From positions 1-64,000 of the IMG/VR virus record IMGVR_UViG_3300021197_001442: a stretch of 64,000 bases of DNA; one strand, given 5' to 3'. Each line of letters starts with the position of its first letter. The stretch's first letter is position 1. Positions 34,807 through 45,383 of the stretch are shown here, one piece after another. The stretch comes from a virus. Position numbers and translations under genes: made by a program. The notes beneath the pieces were generated by a model. The model worked only from the letters and a program-made list of their open reading frames with translations. It had not been told where the DNA came from and ran no database searches.

Positions 34807-37683
34807 CTAACCCTTGATTAATTTTTGCCAACGACGCTTGACCGACTCTTCTAACTGTGCTTCTTCCGCTTCTCTTTCAAACTCATCAGGTTCGCTATCA
34901 TACACTCCTGCTTGAATCTTTTCTGTTTCTATTCGAATCTCTTCGGCTTTTCGCTTCAATTCTTCATTTTGCTCGACAGTCGCATCTTCTCCCTGTTCAA
35001 TCACACTCTGGCTAAGCAACAGCAATGTGATCATCTCGCCAATCTGCTTAATTGCTTTTTTTCTGTTGCCAGCGGGGCCTCTAGCAAACATACGTTTGCC
35101 AAAATCAGCAATGCTGCCTGGTAAAAACTTATCCGCCTTACTGAAGTCATAAACAACCGTTTTAGTCGGCCCTTTCTTTGCCTTGAGCGCCTTCTCGATG
35201 TTTTTTAGGTCCTTAACTACCTTACCAATGGCAGGGCCAGCAGCCGTCATCGCAACTGCACTCCTTCTTCTCGCTGTGGTCGTAAGAGGCTCAGCAGGCT
35301 CTTCAGCAGCAGGCTCTTCAGCAGCAGGCTCTGGTTCGGTAGCAGGTTGTGCCTGGCTGTTTAAATAGCTAGCAATAGCTGTGGGCCCTCTTTCTGTTCC
35401 ACGTCCATCAATACCTTTCCAGCCATCAGCTTGGCTTGCGCGATACCACTGCACAAAAGATCTAAAGCTGGAGTTGCTAGGAAGCGCGACAGCCTCACTT
35501 ATGGTCGTGCCGCCGCCGGTCGCTGCTAGCCAGGCTTTCGCCATTGCTTTGTGCGCCTCATCCTTCGACGCAAATGCCTTCCAATCATTTGGTAAATCAC
35601 TCGCGTCCATCCCAGTTGTTCTCGATGTCGCTCTAGATAAATTCTGGGCTGTGCCTTGGCCAGAGCTTGTCCCGAGAGGAGGTGGTGATGGTCTTTGAAT
35701 TCCTACTTGATCTGCAACTCCTCCGTCAGCAAAAGTGTATTTTCCAGTGGCCATAGCCTGTGACATTCTAGATGTTAGTCCTAGAATGCCCACCAGGCCG
35801 CCTGACAAAAATATATCATTCATTTTACTTTCAAATGTTTGCCTTAATCTTGGGTTGCCAACTGTAATCCTTTTCATAAATGTTAATATAGACCGGGTCA
35901 ATAGATCTACCACATATTTTAATTGGTTGTCTGTTAACCCGTCTAACATGTTTGGATCTGGAAGAGGCCCTTCCGGGTAACCAAATCTGGTTTCTTCCTT
36001 CATTTTTTCCATTATACCGTACATTTCGGACCCAGTAATATTAGGGGTTACCCTCTTTATACTATCATATAAAGAACTGATGTATCTGTCCATGTCCAAA
36101 GCTTCGCGTGGTTGTTCGGCCAGAATAGCTTTGGTTTCTTCCAAGATAACAGACATAAATTGTCTTTCTGTAATTTTCATCTTCTTTGATCTCCTTTGTT
36201 GTCTTTCAATTCTTTTAGCCAATCTAACCTGCAAATTATCTTTTGCTCTTTGTATTCTAGCCTTAAGCTTTTCGCTGTTCTTTGCCTTTGGCAATAAACT
36301 TTCTAATCTTTCAATTTTCTTCACTAAAGCAGGAAATGGCAACGAGTTATCCGAACCCTGCTCAGTTTGCTGTCCGAACTGTTCCGGTTTTAGTGGTAAT
36401 AAGTCACCAGCTTCAGCATCATTTATTTCTTGTTCGACTGAGCTTTCGATTAGCTCTTCCATAGTTTGTTTATCAACTCGACCAGTCACTTCTAGCTGAT
36501 TTCTTTTTTGAAAATCAGTTACTGCCTTTTCTGTTCTAGGTCCAAAGTAACCATCTTTTCCAATTCTAATACCTGCGGTTTGTAACAATCCTTGTAAGAC
36601 CCTAACTATTCCTTCCTGTTGACCACCAGAAGGTAAGGATCTATCAAACTTTTTCAAGACCCCTTTATTATTTAAAATGTCTTCTTGTGTAAGACTAGTC
36701 AGTTGGTATGTTGGTTTAACATTTGTACTAACCGCTGTTTGGGCCTGCTTGCGTGCCTCTTCTGGCGTGCTGCCCTCTTTTTCAACCTCGGCAGCCGCTT
36801 GCTTCTCTGTCTCAGCAACCCCGCTTAATACAATTTTATTAGCATTAACGGCAGAAGATACCACCCTGTCAATAAGACTTAAAAGTGCTTTTTCTGCTTC
36901 AGATTCACTTTTGATAGGAAACCGATCTTCCGTACTAATATCTCTAGCGTACTGCCATTCAGAAGCGACCACCTTTTTGACTAGGCTGGCCAATGAATTC
37001 TTCATGGATTCTTGCTTTATTGGGGTTGGGTTAATCGGATTGTTTAGTACTGTCAACTTATTAGCTTGCTGGATAAATACCTGCCTTCTGCCAATCGCTT
37101 CTGTACTTGGATTACTAGGTGTATAATCTATAGTTCCAGACGTTGGCATCTGTCCCGATAATATTTTATCTAGCCCAAGAGTTGGAATGTACTCTTTTGC
37201 TCTGCTATAAAAATCTGTTGCATTAAAAATGTAACTACAACATTCTGTTAAGAAATTTGTATACTCTTGTGAGTAAACAACCATTGAATCTTTTAACGGC
37301 TCAGATGCATCCTCCGGTATTAATTTAAGTATTTTCTCTGAGTCGGGGTTTGAACTGAGTTGCTGCGCCCAGGCTTGTAAACTATTAGCTATATATGCAG
37401 AGGTTGGAACACCAACAAAAGCAGTCTGCTTTAGGCTAAACTCTCCCCCTCTTGTAAACATCACTCTGCCAAGACTCTTGAGCGCTGGCCCTAAAACTCT
37501 AGTGCCAAGCCACCTCAATGCTCCACCTGAACCAACAGCTGCTCTAGCACCCAAAGATCCAAGAGCAACAGCAGCTGCTGGTAACGCTTCACCTAACTGT
37601 TGTCTTTCCTCTATAAGAGATTTGGTTTCTTCCGATATGATTTGAGAAATTTGTTCTTCTGTTAATTCTAGTTTTAGGGTCAT
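34807..37683 (-). CDS. Large protein with peptidoglycan-binding domain (putative internal virion protein)
   Basis: VRVLQGLLQTAGIRIGKDGYFGPRTEKAVTDFQKRNQLEVTGRVDKQTMEEL is PG_binding_1-like (~36446-36606); ACTATTTA at 37812-37819. Confidence 0.7.
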   Translation of the reverse strand: MTLKLELTEEQISQIISEETKSLIEERQQLGEALPAAAVALGSLGARAAVGSGGALRWLGTRVLGPALKSLGRVMFTRGGEFSLKQTAFVGVPTSAYIANSLQAWAQQLSSNPDSEKILKLIPEDASEPLKDSMVVYSQEYTNFLTECCSYIFNATDFYSRAKEYIPTLGLDKILSGQMPTSGTIDYTPSNPSTEAIGRRQVFIQQANKLTVLNNPINPTPIKQESMKNSLASLVKKVVASEWQYARDISTEDRFPIKSESEAEKALLSLIDRVVSSAVNANKIVLSGVAETEKQAAAEVEKEGSTPEEARKQAQTAVSTNVKPTYQLTSLTQEDILNNKGVLKKFDRSLPSGGQQEGIVRVLQGLLQTAGIRIGKDGYFGPRTEKAVTDFQKRNQLEVTGRVDKQTMEELIESSVEQEINDAEAGDLLPLKPEQFGQQTEQGSDNSLPFPALVKKIERLESLLPKAKNSEKLKARIQRAKDNLQVRLAKRIERQQRRSKKMKITERQFMSVILEETKAILAEQPREALDMDRYISSLYDSIKRVTPNITGSEMYGIMEKMKEETRFGYPEGPLPDPNMLDGLTDNQLKYVVDLLTRSILTFMKRITVGNPRLRQTFESKMNDIFLSGGLVGILGLTSRMSQAMATGKYTFADGGVADQVGIQRPSPPPLGTSSGQGTAQNLSRATSRTTGMDASDLPNDWKAFASKDEAHKAMAKAWLAATGGGTTISEAVALPSNSSFRSFVQWYRASQADGWKGIDGRGTERGPTAIASYLNSQAQPATEPEPAAEEPAAEEPAEPLTTTARRRSAVAMTAAGPAIGKVVKDLKNIEKALKAKKGPTKTVVYDFSKADKFLPGSIADFGKRMFARGPAGNRKKAIKQIGEMITLLLLSQSVIEQGEDATVEQNEELKRKAEEIRIETEKIQAGVYDSEPDEFEREAEEAQLEESVKRRWQKLIKG

Positions 37684-38213
37684 TCTGCTGTTTCTCCGAT
37701 TATATGATAACAGGCCTTTGCTATGATCAAGCTATCTGCTCTATCGTATGAAGCTGGCTTTGGGTTTCCTTTGCTAGTATATTCAATAGTAAAAGAATCT
37801 TCGTTCTTCAATAAATAGTCTAAAACAACTTCTTTTGCCTTTTGACCTCTGGATACTTTAATGCCGTTTAGCTTTCTTGCTTGTGCTGGAGATATGTGTA
37901 CTGGGCTAAACCCAAAAGCGTCATGACACAACCAAGATGTAATTCCGTTGAATGCCTGTAGTTTAGCCATTGTCTTGGCTGTTGAGCCGCCTGCACGGAA
38001 GAACACAAACGGCTCCTCTATATAAACATGTTTTATTTTATGAGACTTGCTAATTTCTTCCAGCTTATCTCTAACATGCATAGCTTTACTGTAGAGATCC
38101 GGAAAGTATCTTTTGTTCCGTAGGTCCCAAGCTTCACATTCTATTAATTTTGCATCCTCATCTAATATCGTATAACCTATAATTGAGGTGCTAACGTCTA
38201 GCCCTAATATCAT
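37680..38213 (-). CDS. RuvC-like Holliday junction resolvase
   Basis: ILGLDVSTS, VYIEE, KEVV, DRADSLIIA acidic catalytic residues. Confidence 0.85.
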   Translation of the reverse strand: MILGLDVSTSIIGYTILDEDAKLIECEAWDLRNKRYFPDLYSKAMHVRDKLEEISKSHKIKHVYIEEPFVFFRAGGSTAKTMAKLQAFNGITSWLCHDAFGFSPVHISPAQARKLNGIKVSRGQKAKEVVLDYLLKNEDSFTIEYTSKGNPKPASYDRADSLIIAKACYHIIGETAE

Positions 38214-39625
38214 ATATCCAACTTAACCTTAAATGTAAATTCCCTATCCTCTGTCTTCTTAACAGGTTTTGCAATAGTTGTCACGCCAATTAAGTTTTTA
38301 TTTTCATCATACAAACCTATCTTGGAGATATATGTTTCTTTTGCAAAACTTGCTGTTGGCGTGGTGTATGATGAACTAACTAGATTAACGACAGGCAGGC
38401 TTGGCTCGCCGTAGATCACAGAGCTTGTGGCACTTGCATAATATCCAGTGGCTGTACTGCGGCTTAGGTATGTTGGGTTGTTTGAATAGTTTAGTTGTCC
38501 CTTAGGGGCGTGTGCTAGCATGGTTACGACGGGCACCTCGTTAGACCCGGAGAAGAGCAAGGCATAGCTTGCTGAAGCCCTTGTAGTAGCACCCTCGCCA
38601 TCCGTAGGGATACCGTCGTTAGCCCCAACTGCAAAGTATAGCCATGATGAGGTCACAGCAGTCCCAGCGTTCTTATAATCTAACGAAGCATCAGACGAAG
38701 GCCCAGTGGTCTGTAGATCCCAACTGCCAGTAAGTATAACGAATCCTTCTTCGTACAGGGCTATACCAGCAACGCTGCCCGATCCTTCACTGCCCTCTGG
38801 GCCAACTTGTATAAGTTCACCGTTCTTGTTCTCGTCTCTTAGTTGTCCTATCAAAGTTCCTGTCAGGTAGTAATTTAAGTTTATGGTTCCTCGCTCTATC
38901 TCAGAACCGTAAAAAATACTTGGAATACTAATCAAGTTTACAGGCACCTCGTCTAGATCTCTACTGTAACCGCTTCCAAACGTAGCAGAGTAGCGATAGT
39001 GTGGGCTCATAAAAGACTTAGAATTGATTGAGTTCTTTAGTGAGTTTATGTGAGACGATGATAGTAGTCCTTTTAATCTCTCAAATCTGTCTGCGCTAGT
39101 CCTAGCCACAACGCCTAAACTAGTCACTGTGTCAGTTGTATTATAGTCTGGTAGGCCTTCACTGGTTGTGTCACCGCCTTGTAGCGATAGTGGTATACCA
39201 AGGTGCTCAACTCTTTCGTCAACAATAACCGTTTCGTTATTTGTCCTCATTGTTGCAAAATGGTTTGTATCAAAAAACTCTCTTGTTATAGAGGCAGACA
39301 ATGGATAGGTGGCACCGCTTATATCAGTACCGTAATCAGTTGAATAAAAATCACTTGTAGACACCGTTTTAAAGGTTGTTAAAGAACTACCTTTAGTTAT
39401 AAAAGGGAATACAAGACCAGTATCATCAGCAGTCCTATCAATATTTAATTCATATAAGCTGATGTGGCCAGCAGGAACATTGGTAACATTTGATACAAAT
39501 GCTCCTGCCACCTCTCCACGATTATTATAAAATATTTGTGAGTTATAAACATCAAACTTACATGATGGGCTTGTGTCTAAGAAATTTACAAATAAGTCAT
39601 TTTGATTAAATTTGTAAAATGACAT
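38210..39625 (-). CDS. Virion structural protein (baseplate/fibre attachment)
   Basis: C-terminal YISKIGLYDENKNLIGVTTIAKPVKK...FKVKLDI; paralogous to the next gene. Confidence 0.6.
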   Translation of the reverse strand: MSFYKFNQNDLFVNFLDTSPSCKFDVYNSQIFYNNRGEVAGAFVSNVTNVPAGHISLYELNIDRTADDTGLVFPFITKGSSLTTFKTVSTSDFYSTDYGTDISGATYPLSASITREFFDTNHFATMRTNNETVIVDERVEHLGIPLSLQGGDTTSEGLPDYNTTDTVTSLGVVARTSADRFERLKGLLSSSHINSLKNSINSKSFMSPHYRYSATFGSGYSRDLDEVPVNLISIPSIFYGSEIERGTINLNYYLTGTLIGQLRDENKNGELIQVGPEGSEGSGSVAGIALYEEGFVILTGSWDLQTTGPSSDASLDYKNAGTAVTSSWLYFAVGANDGIPTDGEGATTRASASYALLFSGSNEVPVVTMLAHAPKGQLNYSNNPTYLSRSTATGYYASATSSVIYGEPSLPVVNLVSSSYTTPTASFAKETYISKIGLYDENKNLIGVTTIAKPVKKTEDREFTFKVKLDI

Positions 39626-39634
39626 AGAGTCCTC

Positions 39635-40771
39635 CTAGTAATCTAAGCGGACTCTTAATGTTAACTCATTAGATGGGTCTTTCTTAATTGGCTCAGAAAG
39701 CTTTGCGACTGCCATAAGCTCATTATCCGCCGAATAGAGTCCTACTGTAGTAATATAGCTGTGGGGGTCGGTGCCAACAGAGCCATCTTTAATAACTATT
39801 TCACTTGGCCCACCAGAAGAAGTTGACAGGTAGGTGGGGTTGGCGCTATAGTTAAACTCTGAGTTGTTTACTCGACAGAAGTAGATCGTTGAGTTAAGTT
39901 CAGTAGTATTGTTGAACTGAAGATTATACAATCTATTTCTTAAGTTGTCCGCCATAACGTCATTCGTAGACGCTGTAATTGTGTTGAAGCCAGTCACAGA
40001 TGCGCCCGCTGGGCTGTATGTAACGGTGCCCACACCAGTGTTCAGAATTCCTCCATCGTCTGAATCTGAGAAGATCGACCCACTCAACACAGCAACGCCA
40101 GCCTGGTAGAAGAGGAGTCCAACAGCAAACCTCCTATTGGCACTCAAAACAGCGTCAACATCGGTGGATGATGTGGCGTATAAAACTCCGTACTCTCCCG
40201 CTGGGGAGTTAACAAAATACCCATCAGATCCTGAGAAATCGGTGATTATGAGTCTTTCACCAGAAGCCGGGCCATGGGCAAACCCATCAGCGGTCATTAC
40301 CTGCATCTCAAAGGTACCTTTCTTAATTTCATCCTTAGTTAAAATTCTAGAAAAGTTTACAAAATAGCATTCCCTGAGTTTTGTTCCACCAGCAACAATA
40401 TTTCCATCCTCATCAAACAACCTAACAGAGCCCGTCTCATCATACCCCATAAGTACCTGTGCCATCTGGTTGTAGATGTTAATTTTCTTGGAAGTTTGTG
40501 AAGTTGTAGATGAGCTAAGAGCACTTGAATCAGCAATACCAGACGTAATATCGAATATATGGTTAGCTGATGAGCTTAGGTGTGGATAGTCAAAGACACT
40601 CTGGAACATGCCATGTGAGTATGTCTTAATATGTGGCTCCGATCCTAGTGCGACAGCGTCTCCACCATAAGTACCGGACACGATACTGCCTGTAACTGGG
40701 ATCGACTCATGTAAAAGAGTTCTTGTCGAAGTAGCATCGCCAGATGCTAGTGATTTAAAACTTGATGCCAT
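39635..40771 (-). CDS. Virion structural protein (baseplate/fibre attachment)
   Basis: NYSANPTY...YITTVGLYSADNELMAVAKLSEPIKK...LRVRLDY. Confidence 0.6.
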   Translation of the reverse strand: MASSFKSLASGDATSTRTLLHESIPVTGSIVSGTYGGDAVALGSEPHIKTYSHGMFQSVFDYPHLSSSANHIFDITSGIADSSALSSSTTSQTSKKINIYNQMAQVLMGYDETGSVRLFDEDGNIVAGGTKLRECYFVNFSRILTKDEIKKGTFEMQVMTADGFAHGPASGERLIITDFSGSDGYFVNSPAGEYGVLYATSSTDVDAVLSANRRFAVGLLFYQAGVAVLSGSIFSDSDDGGILNTGVGTVTYSPAGASVTGFNTITASTNDVMADNLRNRLYNLQFNNTTELNSTIYFCRVNNSEFNYSANPTYLSTSSGGPSEIVIKDGSVGTDPHSYITTVGLYSADNELMAVAKLSEPIKKDPSNELTLRVRLDY

Positions 40772-40784
40772 TATATGCCTTCCT

Positions 40785-41669
40785 TTATGCCTTAATATAT
40801 CTTACAGGAATATCTATGCTATATCCTGTCGTCTCGCCAGTAACCTTAACAACTGTGTCAATATGCTTAACACTGGTGCCGTTTACGGTAGAGGTGCCAC
40901 CAAGCCTTGTGAATAGAGTGTCACTGCCATTTAGGTTCAGCGAAGCTTTAATCCTAAAGTCTAATCGGGTTCCCCTTCGGCCATTGACTGAAGAGCCGCC
41001 AGCCGACAGATCAGTTATAAGCGATACAATTGGGGAACCTTGTGAAACGATGTATGTAGCCATATTATCTTCGTCAACAAAGTTAACGCTTAAAGACGAC
41101 CCTGCTGTACTCGTCAACGTTCCAAATCGATTGTCAATTTGAACTCTATATTGAGTTTCTAAGAGATCACCAGTAAGCTGCGCTATAGCAAGATTACCAT
41201 TTGCATCAACTCCCTGATCAACTCGTATTGTCTCACTAAGAGCCGAGTCTGTATTCTCACCAAATATAACACCGTCATACCCATTTATATTACTGTTTTC
41301 TTCTGTTGTTTCGTTAACAGCCACTAAGAATGAATTTGTAACTGAGTCTCTAGTGGTGCCACTGACCTCGAATAACTCTAGAATTGGTAGATAGAGAAAA
41401 TCGTTTCTGCTAAGAGTTACGAGCCTATGGTGTAATTGCGAGGTCTGGTTTGTAAATGCCTCAAGAACTGGGGTCTGTAGAATCTCCAAATCGTAGTAAG
41501 CAGAACCGCTAGCGTGACTTGGATTGTAAAGGCGATAGTTAATTTCATCATCACCTAAAGCAAATTTAGCAATACTAAAAGTGCCATCTCCTCTGGCTAG
41601 TCTGCGCCTACCTGCATCCGTTAAAACGGCATCTAAAATTATATCACCACTGTTATCCAAAAAAGCCAT
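40785..41669 (-). CDS. Virion structural protein
   Basis: MAFLDNSGDIILDAVLTDAGRRRLARGDGTFSIAKFALGDDEINY; two ACTATTTA copies upstream (41694-41701, 41710-41717). Confidence 0.6.
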   Translation of the reverse strand: MAFLDNSGDIILDAVLTDAGRRRLARGDGTFSIAKFALGDDEINYRLYNPSHASGSAYYDLEILQTPVLEAFTNQTSQLHHRLVTLSRNDFLYLPILELFEVSGTTRDSVTNSFLVAVNETTEENSNINGYDGVIFGENTDSALSETIRVDQGVDANGNLAIAQLTGDLLETQYRVQIDNRFGTLTSTAGSSLSVNFVDEDNMATYIVSQGSPIVSLITDLSAGGSSVNGRRGTRLDFRIKASLNLNGSDTLFTRLGGTSTVNGTSVKHIDTVVKVTGETTGYSIDIPVRYIKA

Positions 41670-41723
41670 GGTATTTCCTCTCTCTCCAATGTTTAAATAG
41701 TGCGTACTATAAATAGTTTCTAG

Positions 41724-44700
41724 TTACGTAGTTTTAATTCTTTTATCTTCTTTGTTAAAAGTGACATTAAAATCTAATTTTTTACCTGTTTTCTTAGAGG
41801 TCAACCTTATCTTAAATGTCTTATCCCATATACGGTGTTCCGCATCATCAATATTTCCTAACTCGACTGTCGTTAGGTCACTAGGATCTGGGACAGAAGT
41901 ATTGATAGGAATGTCTGCGGTTACTTGTGATAAAGCAGGTATAACCTCTATAAATTTCTTCATGTCAATAGAAGGCACATCGTTTGTTACAAGTGGGAAC
42001 TCATGCATCTTGACCAATAAGTAAACAGCACCTGAATCGTCCACCAATTCAACTTCGTATACTGGAGTTGGGTTAGAATAATTGCCATGATAATCGACAG
42101 ACCTAAATGTATAATAATACTTGATATTAGGTAGTAGAACTTCATCATGCCCTATCGAAGTGGCTCGAACTATCTTTTCCTTGCTTGACAGAAGGGTTGT
42201 CAACGTATTTCGCAGCTTACCAGCAAAGTCAGCGTAGCTGTTTGGAGGCGTATCCATTCTATATATTTGGAAAAATGCTGTGCTATCATCTTGCGAGAAT
42301 GTTATCTTACCATCAAGTGAATTCTGGGCATTTAAGTGCATTTCAAATAATTTATCTTCGCCCTCTTCAATTGGTATGGGATACTGCTCGACTTCGATGT
42401 TGGTAGAAGACAAGCTTAGTAATAGGGTGTCGTTTATACCTCTGTACGGGGTTATTGATATTTCTGGAGGCGGTGGAGGCTTAGAGAGAACGGAGGTTGT
42501 TGTGGTAAAATAAGGAACCTCTACAATTTCTGCCACGGGTCTCATTTTTATTTGATACTCAGCCTCATAGCCAGTAAGTTCTACTGTCGTAGTACCAGTG
42601 CCAGGTTCAACTTTTTCAATTGAGCCATAAGACACATTTCCTAAAGTAGTTGCGAAATTTTCAAACCCAACAACTTGATACGAACCAGGACCGCCTTCTG
42701 CGGATACGCTATCTAATAAATGGTGCGATGGTGGTATATATTGAGCGCGAAAATGACCCGTACCAGGTGTGTGCAAAGAAGACAGAATATTAGGCAAACG
42801 ACCAGGCTCATATTGGTCTTCTACGCCAGCGCCAAACCACAAATTTAACCAGTCAAGAACACTAAAGTTTTCTGGTAAAAATACACTTAGAGCAGTTCCA
42901 GGAGTGCCTGTGGGCGCTCCCCCAGGCGGCATTATCTCGCCATCCGTTGTTATAGCTGTCCTTAAGGATAAAATCCCAAAAGGACCACCTGAGACTGTGT
43001 TGACCGGGGTCTCAGGAGTTACTTCATATTCTGGTCCCCAGTCTCCACCACCAAATATCTCTTTCCAACTTAATGACTGCCTACCAATTGAACTGCCTGT
43101 GTGTCGCCCTGAGCTTGGCTTTAAGGTCCAAGAAGTTTCTAAAATTTCGTTAAGCCTTTCAATGCTTAAAAAATATCTATTTTTACGATTAAAGCCAGGT
43201 GACGTATCTGCCCTTGAGCCAACAACTGACGGAGTACTAGGAACGTAGTTAAAAGTAGGGTCATAAAGGTTTGCGTAGGTTGCCCACTCCGGATCAGGCG
43301 AGCCAGGAATATCTGCTATGGCTAGCTCCCAATCATCAAAAAGATTGGCAAATCCAGTCCACTCAACAATATAGCCTATTGTTATCCCGCCATCGTCCAA
43401 GACAGTCTCTACAACAGAAACTTTTGGCTCTTCTATTCTTTTGTACCCGTACTTTAATCCAAAAACGTATTTAAGAGCACTAACTTGGTATGTATACTCT
43501 TGACCGTATTTAACTTGCGAATCGATATATTCAATATTAGAGGATAATCCACCCTTGTCTGCTATTTGGCTTGGGATCCATATATTCTGAATTGGCTCAA
43601 CATTTGTGTTAGTGCCCACATATTTTGCTATTCGATACATAACTGTTTCGTTATGTGCTGGTAGACCGTCTTCAAAGGACTCTTTGTAGAGCCTACCAAT
43701 ATTTATAGACGCACCGCGACGGCTTTTGAATGACTCATTGACTTGGTTTATTAAACCTTCTGTTCCTCCTACCCCGTAGACTGAGGACGCTGGCGAACTA
43801 AGGGGCGTAGCCGTAGTCATTTGTGTGGTTTGAAAAATAAAATTATTTATTGCTATTGATTGAACGGGTAACGGAGCTGTTGGATATTCTTCTGACAGTC
43901 TTAAAGCCAAATCAGTTTCAAATTCTGGCACTCCTACATCTACGTCAATAAATAATTTGTCATCAAGGGCAAAGCTTGTAACAGGAGAAGGTCCAGTTTC
44001 TACTCCGAATAGACTAGATACGCCATGGTATCCAATGGCCCAAGTAAATGAGCCAGCAGCTTTGGGCCCTATAAGGCTAGAGGCATAGTTTATATAATCA
44101 TGTAACTCAGGAGAAACTAATAAATTAGCTTCATCTGAATTGGATTGGTCAAAAAATGTTCTTGAACTAAACGAATATTCAGGTGTATTAGGGTCCCCGG
44201 CATCAACATAACCAGAATCATAAACACCAGCTATGTGTGAACCAAAGGTTGAATACAAAAGATTTTGATGTAGTTCGGCTGCGATTGGCTTCATCTCTAC
44301 AGTGCCTAGTCCAGCACCCAACGATGTTGATAGTGTACCATAGCTTTCAGGCAAGAATTTGACTGATGAATAAAATGGTAACTTATTTTGTGTGGGCAAA
44401 GCATTAACAAAAGTATCTTTGATTAAAGCCGTGCCTGTGACACCGGAAAAAATAATATTTTTACCCTTGTTTTCAAGAGTTGTCTGGTTCTCAGATGTTA
44501 AATCCACATATCCGCTCGGCCAAGCACTAAAATAATTGCTATACTTAATATCTAGTGTCTTATCAAGATCGGCTAGTAGATAGTCTTCTAGCGTTAAGCC
44601 GGATTCTAAAAATTCTGATTCAATATAAGACTCGGAAAATAACCCTTGGTCACGAATAATTGACAGAGGGTCGAGTGGATCTCCTATGGAGCCCATTAGT

Positions 44701-45383
44701 AAAGTATGGTCTATCGTGTCCTGGTATGGCTCCATAGCTGGAAAAGACCCAGGCGTTGACACAACAAGCGACAAACCTGTAGCGCTTTCAAATTTCGCTA
44801 CATCGCCTGACCTTTCAATAATGCTTAAGTTGTAATGGTTTGGTAAAATACGCTCACTAGAATTCTTAATCTGTGACTCATACCCCTCTACCAGGTAATT
44901 GTACTCTGAAATGGATGAATAATCAACAAGCTCAGGAGTATTAAATTGAAATGTTCTATCGTAGAACAGGCCATCTCCATCTTCTGGATTTTTAAAAATA
45001 AAATCTAGGTCATTAGTGAACCTATTAATCGAACTGTAATTTAAGTAATCAGCAGTAATTTTTATGTCTAATGTCGCTAGGCCAGAAAGCGCGTCTCTGC
45101 CAAGCCCAAGTTCGCTAGTCAGGGTACCAAGTGATGTCGGCACCCTTCTTATACGTAAAGTAGTGGGCGATTGCCCTGGATCCTCTGGCTGAAATGTCGC
45201 GATCTGATCATCAGCTCTAACACCAAGTGGCCAAACCCCTGGGTCTGGTAAGATTTTAACATCAGGATTCCAACTAACACTTCCGTCTTCATTGATAACA
45301 TAATGCTGTCCCATGAGTTTTCTAAAGTTATCACGTATTGTTAATGGAAATACGTCGGGGCTTATGTACTTTTTAGTAGGCAT
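41724..45383 (-). CDS. Large hypothetical virion protein, 1219 aa
   Basis: FN3-like segments (YIDSQVKYGQEYTYQVSA; KYYYTFRSVDYHGNYSNPT); baseplate context. Confidence 0.55.
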   Translation of the reverse strand: MPTKKYISPDVFPLTIRDNFRKLMGQHYVINEDGSVSWNPDVKILPDPGVWPLGVRADDQIATFQPEDPGQSPTTLRIRRVPTSLGTLTSELGLGRDALSGLATLDIKITADYLNYSSINRFTNDLDFIFKNPEDGDGLFYDRTFQFNTPELVDYSSISEYNYLVEGYESQIKNSSERILPNHYNLSIIERSGDVAKFESATGLSLVVSTPGSFPAMEPYQDTIDHTLLMGSIGDPLDPLSIIRDQGLFSESYIESEFLESGLTLEDYLLADLDKTLDIKYSNYFSAWPSGYVDLTSENQTTLENKGKNIIFSGVTGTALIKDTFVNALPTQNKLPFYSSVKFLPESYGTLSTSLGAGLGTVEMKPIAAELHQNLLYSTFGSHIAGVYDSGYVDAGDPNTPEYSFSSRTFFDQSNSDEANLLVSPELHDYINYASSLIGPKAAGSFTWAIGYHGVSSLFGVETGPSPVTSFALDDKLFIDVDVGVPEFETDLALRLSEEYPTAPLPVQSIAINNFIFQTTQMTTATPLSSPASSVYGVGGTEGLINQVNESFKSRRGASINIGRLYKESFEDGLPAHNETVMYRIAKYVGTNTNVEPIQNIWIPSQIADKGGLSSNIEYIDSQVKYGQEYTYQVSALKYVFGLKYGYKRIEEPKVSVVETVLDDGGITIGYIVEWTGFANLFDDWELAIADIPGSPDPEWATYANLYDPTFNYVPSTPSVVGSRADTSPGFNRKNRYFLSIERLNEILETSWTLKPSSGRHTGSSIGRQSLSWKEIFGGGDWGPEYEVTPETPVNTVSGGPFGILSLRTAITTDGEIMPPGGAPTGTPGTALSVFLPENFSVLDWLNLWFGAGVEDQYEPGRLPNILSSLHTPGTGHFRAQYIPPSHHLLDSVSAEGGPGSYQVVGFENFATTLGNVSYGSIEKVEPGTGTTTVELTGYEAEYQIKMRPVAEIVEVPYFTTTTSVLSKPPPPPEISITPYRGINDTLLLSLSSTNIEVEQYPIPIEEGEDKLFEMHLNAQNSLDGKITFSQDDSTAFFQIYRMDTPPNSYADFAGKLRNTLTTLLSSKEKIVRATSIGHDEVLLPNIKYYYTFRSVDYHGNYSNPTPVYEVELVDDSGAVYLLVKMHEFPLVTNDVPSIDMKKFIEVIPALSQVTADIPINTSVPDPSDLTTVELGNIDDAEHRIWDKTFKIRLTSKKTGKKLDFNVTFNKEDKRIKTT

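Noticed and set aside
35288-35332. 15-nt repeats encoding EPAAE
   Set aside because: Ordinary low-complexity linker expansion in coding sequence
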